Origin: Eledone cirrhosa
Lineage: Eukaryota
Assembly: GCA_964016885.1 (NCBI GenBank)
Contig: CAXHJY010000375.1
Coordinates: 11,759-75,758, forward strand
Reading direction: 5' to 3'
Length of the DNA: 64,000 nt
The notes beneath the pieces were generated by a model, which did not search any database, was not told the origin of the DNA, and saw only the letters and a program-made list of their open reading frames with translations. Shown piece after piece: positions 61,295 through 64,000 of this stretch (positions within the stretch are counted from its first letter, which is position 1; every line of letters begins with the position of its first letter). Made by a program: the position numbers and the translations under genes.

Positions 61295-62340
61295 TTCTAC
61301 CTGTTATTATTAATTGTTTATCTACACTCCGGAATACATATATATGTATATATATATATCATAAATATTGGGAGAAGAATACTGCATGGTTGCACATGGA
61401 TAACATGTTATAAAATGAGTCCCTCATCATTGATTTGCCAACGATCATTGGTATTTCATCGCATTAAAAATCATATACCTCACGTTGGTACGAGAATTGT
61501 GTTGAAAAAAATTGTGTTGAAAAAATATTTATTTTTTTACTACCACACGCTGTTTGTCTTACCATGTTATTTAATATATATATATTTCATTAATATATGT
61601 CTGTGTGTCAACCACTTAAATATATTTTGTAATATTTTGTGATATTTTCGTAATAGTTATGCCAATGTAAAATGACTTGACCTCCGCGTATTTGTTACAA
61701 TGGTATAGACATTTTTTTCAACACAATTTAGTTTTATATGATTTGTTCTTACCCTGTGTAAAACTTTATACTATTTGTTAACCTTAAATTATATGTATGA
61801 TTTAATTTTGTATATTTGTTGATGCCAATATATTATAATATTGTTATTATAATGTTATTATAATGTTTCTATATTGTTTATGCACACTGACAGGGAATTA
61901 AATATTATATTTTATTTTTATTTTTATCTTTATTCTTATTTTTATCTTTATTATATTATACTGTAAACAATATATATATATATATTTAAATACTTAATAA
62001 GTGTTAGTTTGTATTTGTACTAATGTGTATATGTATAGAGATATATGTATATATATACATATATTAAGCTTTTTATTATCACCATCTATTATATTATATT
62101 ATACTCGCATTATATTACCATTTGTGTTTCAAGTTTTTGCATTATACAATATTTGCAGTGAGGGTTCAACATGTTAATCACTTCCTTGCTATTTGGTCCA
62201 TATCTATGTTTGTAACTGCTCACTCTTAATCTTAGACAACGTTGCCTTGATATCTCTCCTAAGCTTTAATAGATGTATACCCCATATTCTTCTGAGTTTT
62301 TAGCTTGTATTGGCCGATAGTGCTTCTTGTAGCTTTACTT

Positions 62341-62378
62341 GCCCTGATGAGTCCTTAATAGGACGAAACATTGTTGGC
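62341..62378 (+). ncRNA. Minimal type I hammerhead ribozyme, canonical core
   Basis: GCC-CTGATGA-GTCC(ttaata)GGAC-GAAA-CATTG-TT-GGC, followed by AATAAA at 62380. Confidence 0.85.
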
Positions 62379-62547
62379 TAATAAAGGCTTTTGATGTATT
62401 GAAGGCTTCTCTGGTTTATTTTTTATAATTCTTCGGCTCTGTTTAATTACATTGAGCTATATCCTATACTGTCATTTCTATAATATGAAGAGGGCGTTTA
62501 ACTCCAAACACTCTAGTATTTTAATTCTTATAAATATATATATATAT

Positions 62548-62600
62548 GTAAGTATGTGTGTATACGTACATACATATATGTATACAGACGTACAGTAGCA

Positions 62601-62662
<62 letters not shown>

Positions 62663-62803
62663 ATATATACATATATATTATATATATACATACAGGTACA
62701 CATACATATATGCACATATCAGTTTAGCAGACGCTTATTATAACGCCGCTTTGTTCGTTTGTAAACAAACTGAACAGCCTGAATTTTTATGCCGTACGGT
62801 GTT
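62548..62803 (-). mobile_element. Truncated copy of the retrozyme-like element
   Basis: Same terminus and sequence as 59145-59365. Confidence 0.75.
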
Positions 62804-62864
62804 ATATATATGTATATATATATGTATATATATATGTTATATGTATATATATATGTATAGTATA

Positions 62865-63038
<174 letters not shown>

Positions 63039-63402
63039 ACGTTGCTTAATGTTCTAGTTATCGAGATTTTAATATGTGGCTCTCACTTACTATTATAATT
63101 CATGAAATGCTTTCCTAGATAAATTGTATTATCATACATATTAAAATCTCGATGACTGGTACATTAAGCAACGTTTTTTCTTACTCACACATTCTCTATT
63201 CAATTTATTACGTTTTCGCATTTTCTCATTATAGTATATAATATAAATAACTATAAACAGGAAGGTCAATAATTTCTTAATTACCTTATTACCAGTAAGA
63301 GAATAGCTCAATGTATGCCCATCAGTTGTTTTACAGGCAGGAAAATAAATAATTTATACAATTATCAAAGCAATTATTAAGCAATTATCAAATCATTTAA
63401 TA

Positions 63403-63447
63403 GCTGACAATTGTTTCTTCGAAACTCTCGTTTGGTGTCATCGGAGC
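63403..63447 (-). ncRNA. Hammerhead with CCGATGA core (relative of 32816)
   Basis: Reverse complement GCT-CCGATGA-CACCAAAC(gaga)GTTTCGAA-GAAA-CAATTG-TC-AGC. Confidence 0.7.
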
Positions 63448-63725
63448 ATTATCAATGTTTGCACATAATATAGCCTCCTATTCAACTCTACAATAATATA
63501 GATACATATGAATTATGTTGTGAGCAACAGTTTCGTATTTACAGGGTGGAATGTTTGTGACATATATTTTACGAGAAATTGTATAATACTTGTACAAACA
63601 TTCAAGTTCTAATTCAAATTCAAATTACAATTAAAATGAAAAGCACGGAGTGGAATACATGCAACAGTTAAAAACAGTAAATAGTCCAGAATTTATACAT
63701 TGAATTCTTCCACATAAATATTCAT

Positions 63726-63758
<33 letters not shown>

Positions 63759-64000
63759 TTTACATATATATATATAAAGTCACAGATATATATATATATA
63801 AAGTCACAGATATATTTTATCTAATAATTCTAAGGACATCATTTATGATATATATATATATATATATATATATTTATTTAAAATAACAGATATATAAATA
63901 ATTAAATATAATATATATATTTATTTATTTATATGTAAGTCTACATAATGTGTGTATATATAATGCTTTTGTGTTCATATTATTTATTTGTGTATCAATC

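Overview
AT-rich animal genomic DNA, most likely an octopus/cephalopod (inferred from huge (TA)n arrays, tRNA-derived SINEs and Penelope-like element density; not verified). The only host coding sequence I can support is one 156-bp exon (35679-35834, +) of a kainate-type ionotropic glutamate receptor N-terminal domain. Much of the window is therefore probably intron or flank. The rest is dominated by Penelope-like retroelements (PLEs) sitting in (TA)n: three Naiad-type RT+GIY-YIG copies (one with a 680-codon uninterrupted ORF), three Neptune/Nematis-type 3' fragments, and many short non-coding pLTR-like pieces, often as head-to-head palindromes. By eye there are about 25 complete, degenerate or half type I hammerhead ribozyme (HHR) motifs from roughly ten sequence families. 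They include U3-A8 covariant cores, recurrent U4C cores and very long stem II variants. The best novelty candidate is a non-coding ~420-490-nt HHR-bearing unit present as circularly permuted, slightly-more-than-monomer copies (retrozyme-like). There are also SINEs with clear TSDs, R4/Dong-like fragments and minisatellites. All YI/IY-repeat ORFs are microsatellite artefacts. Folds and alignments were done by eye.
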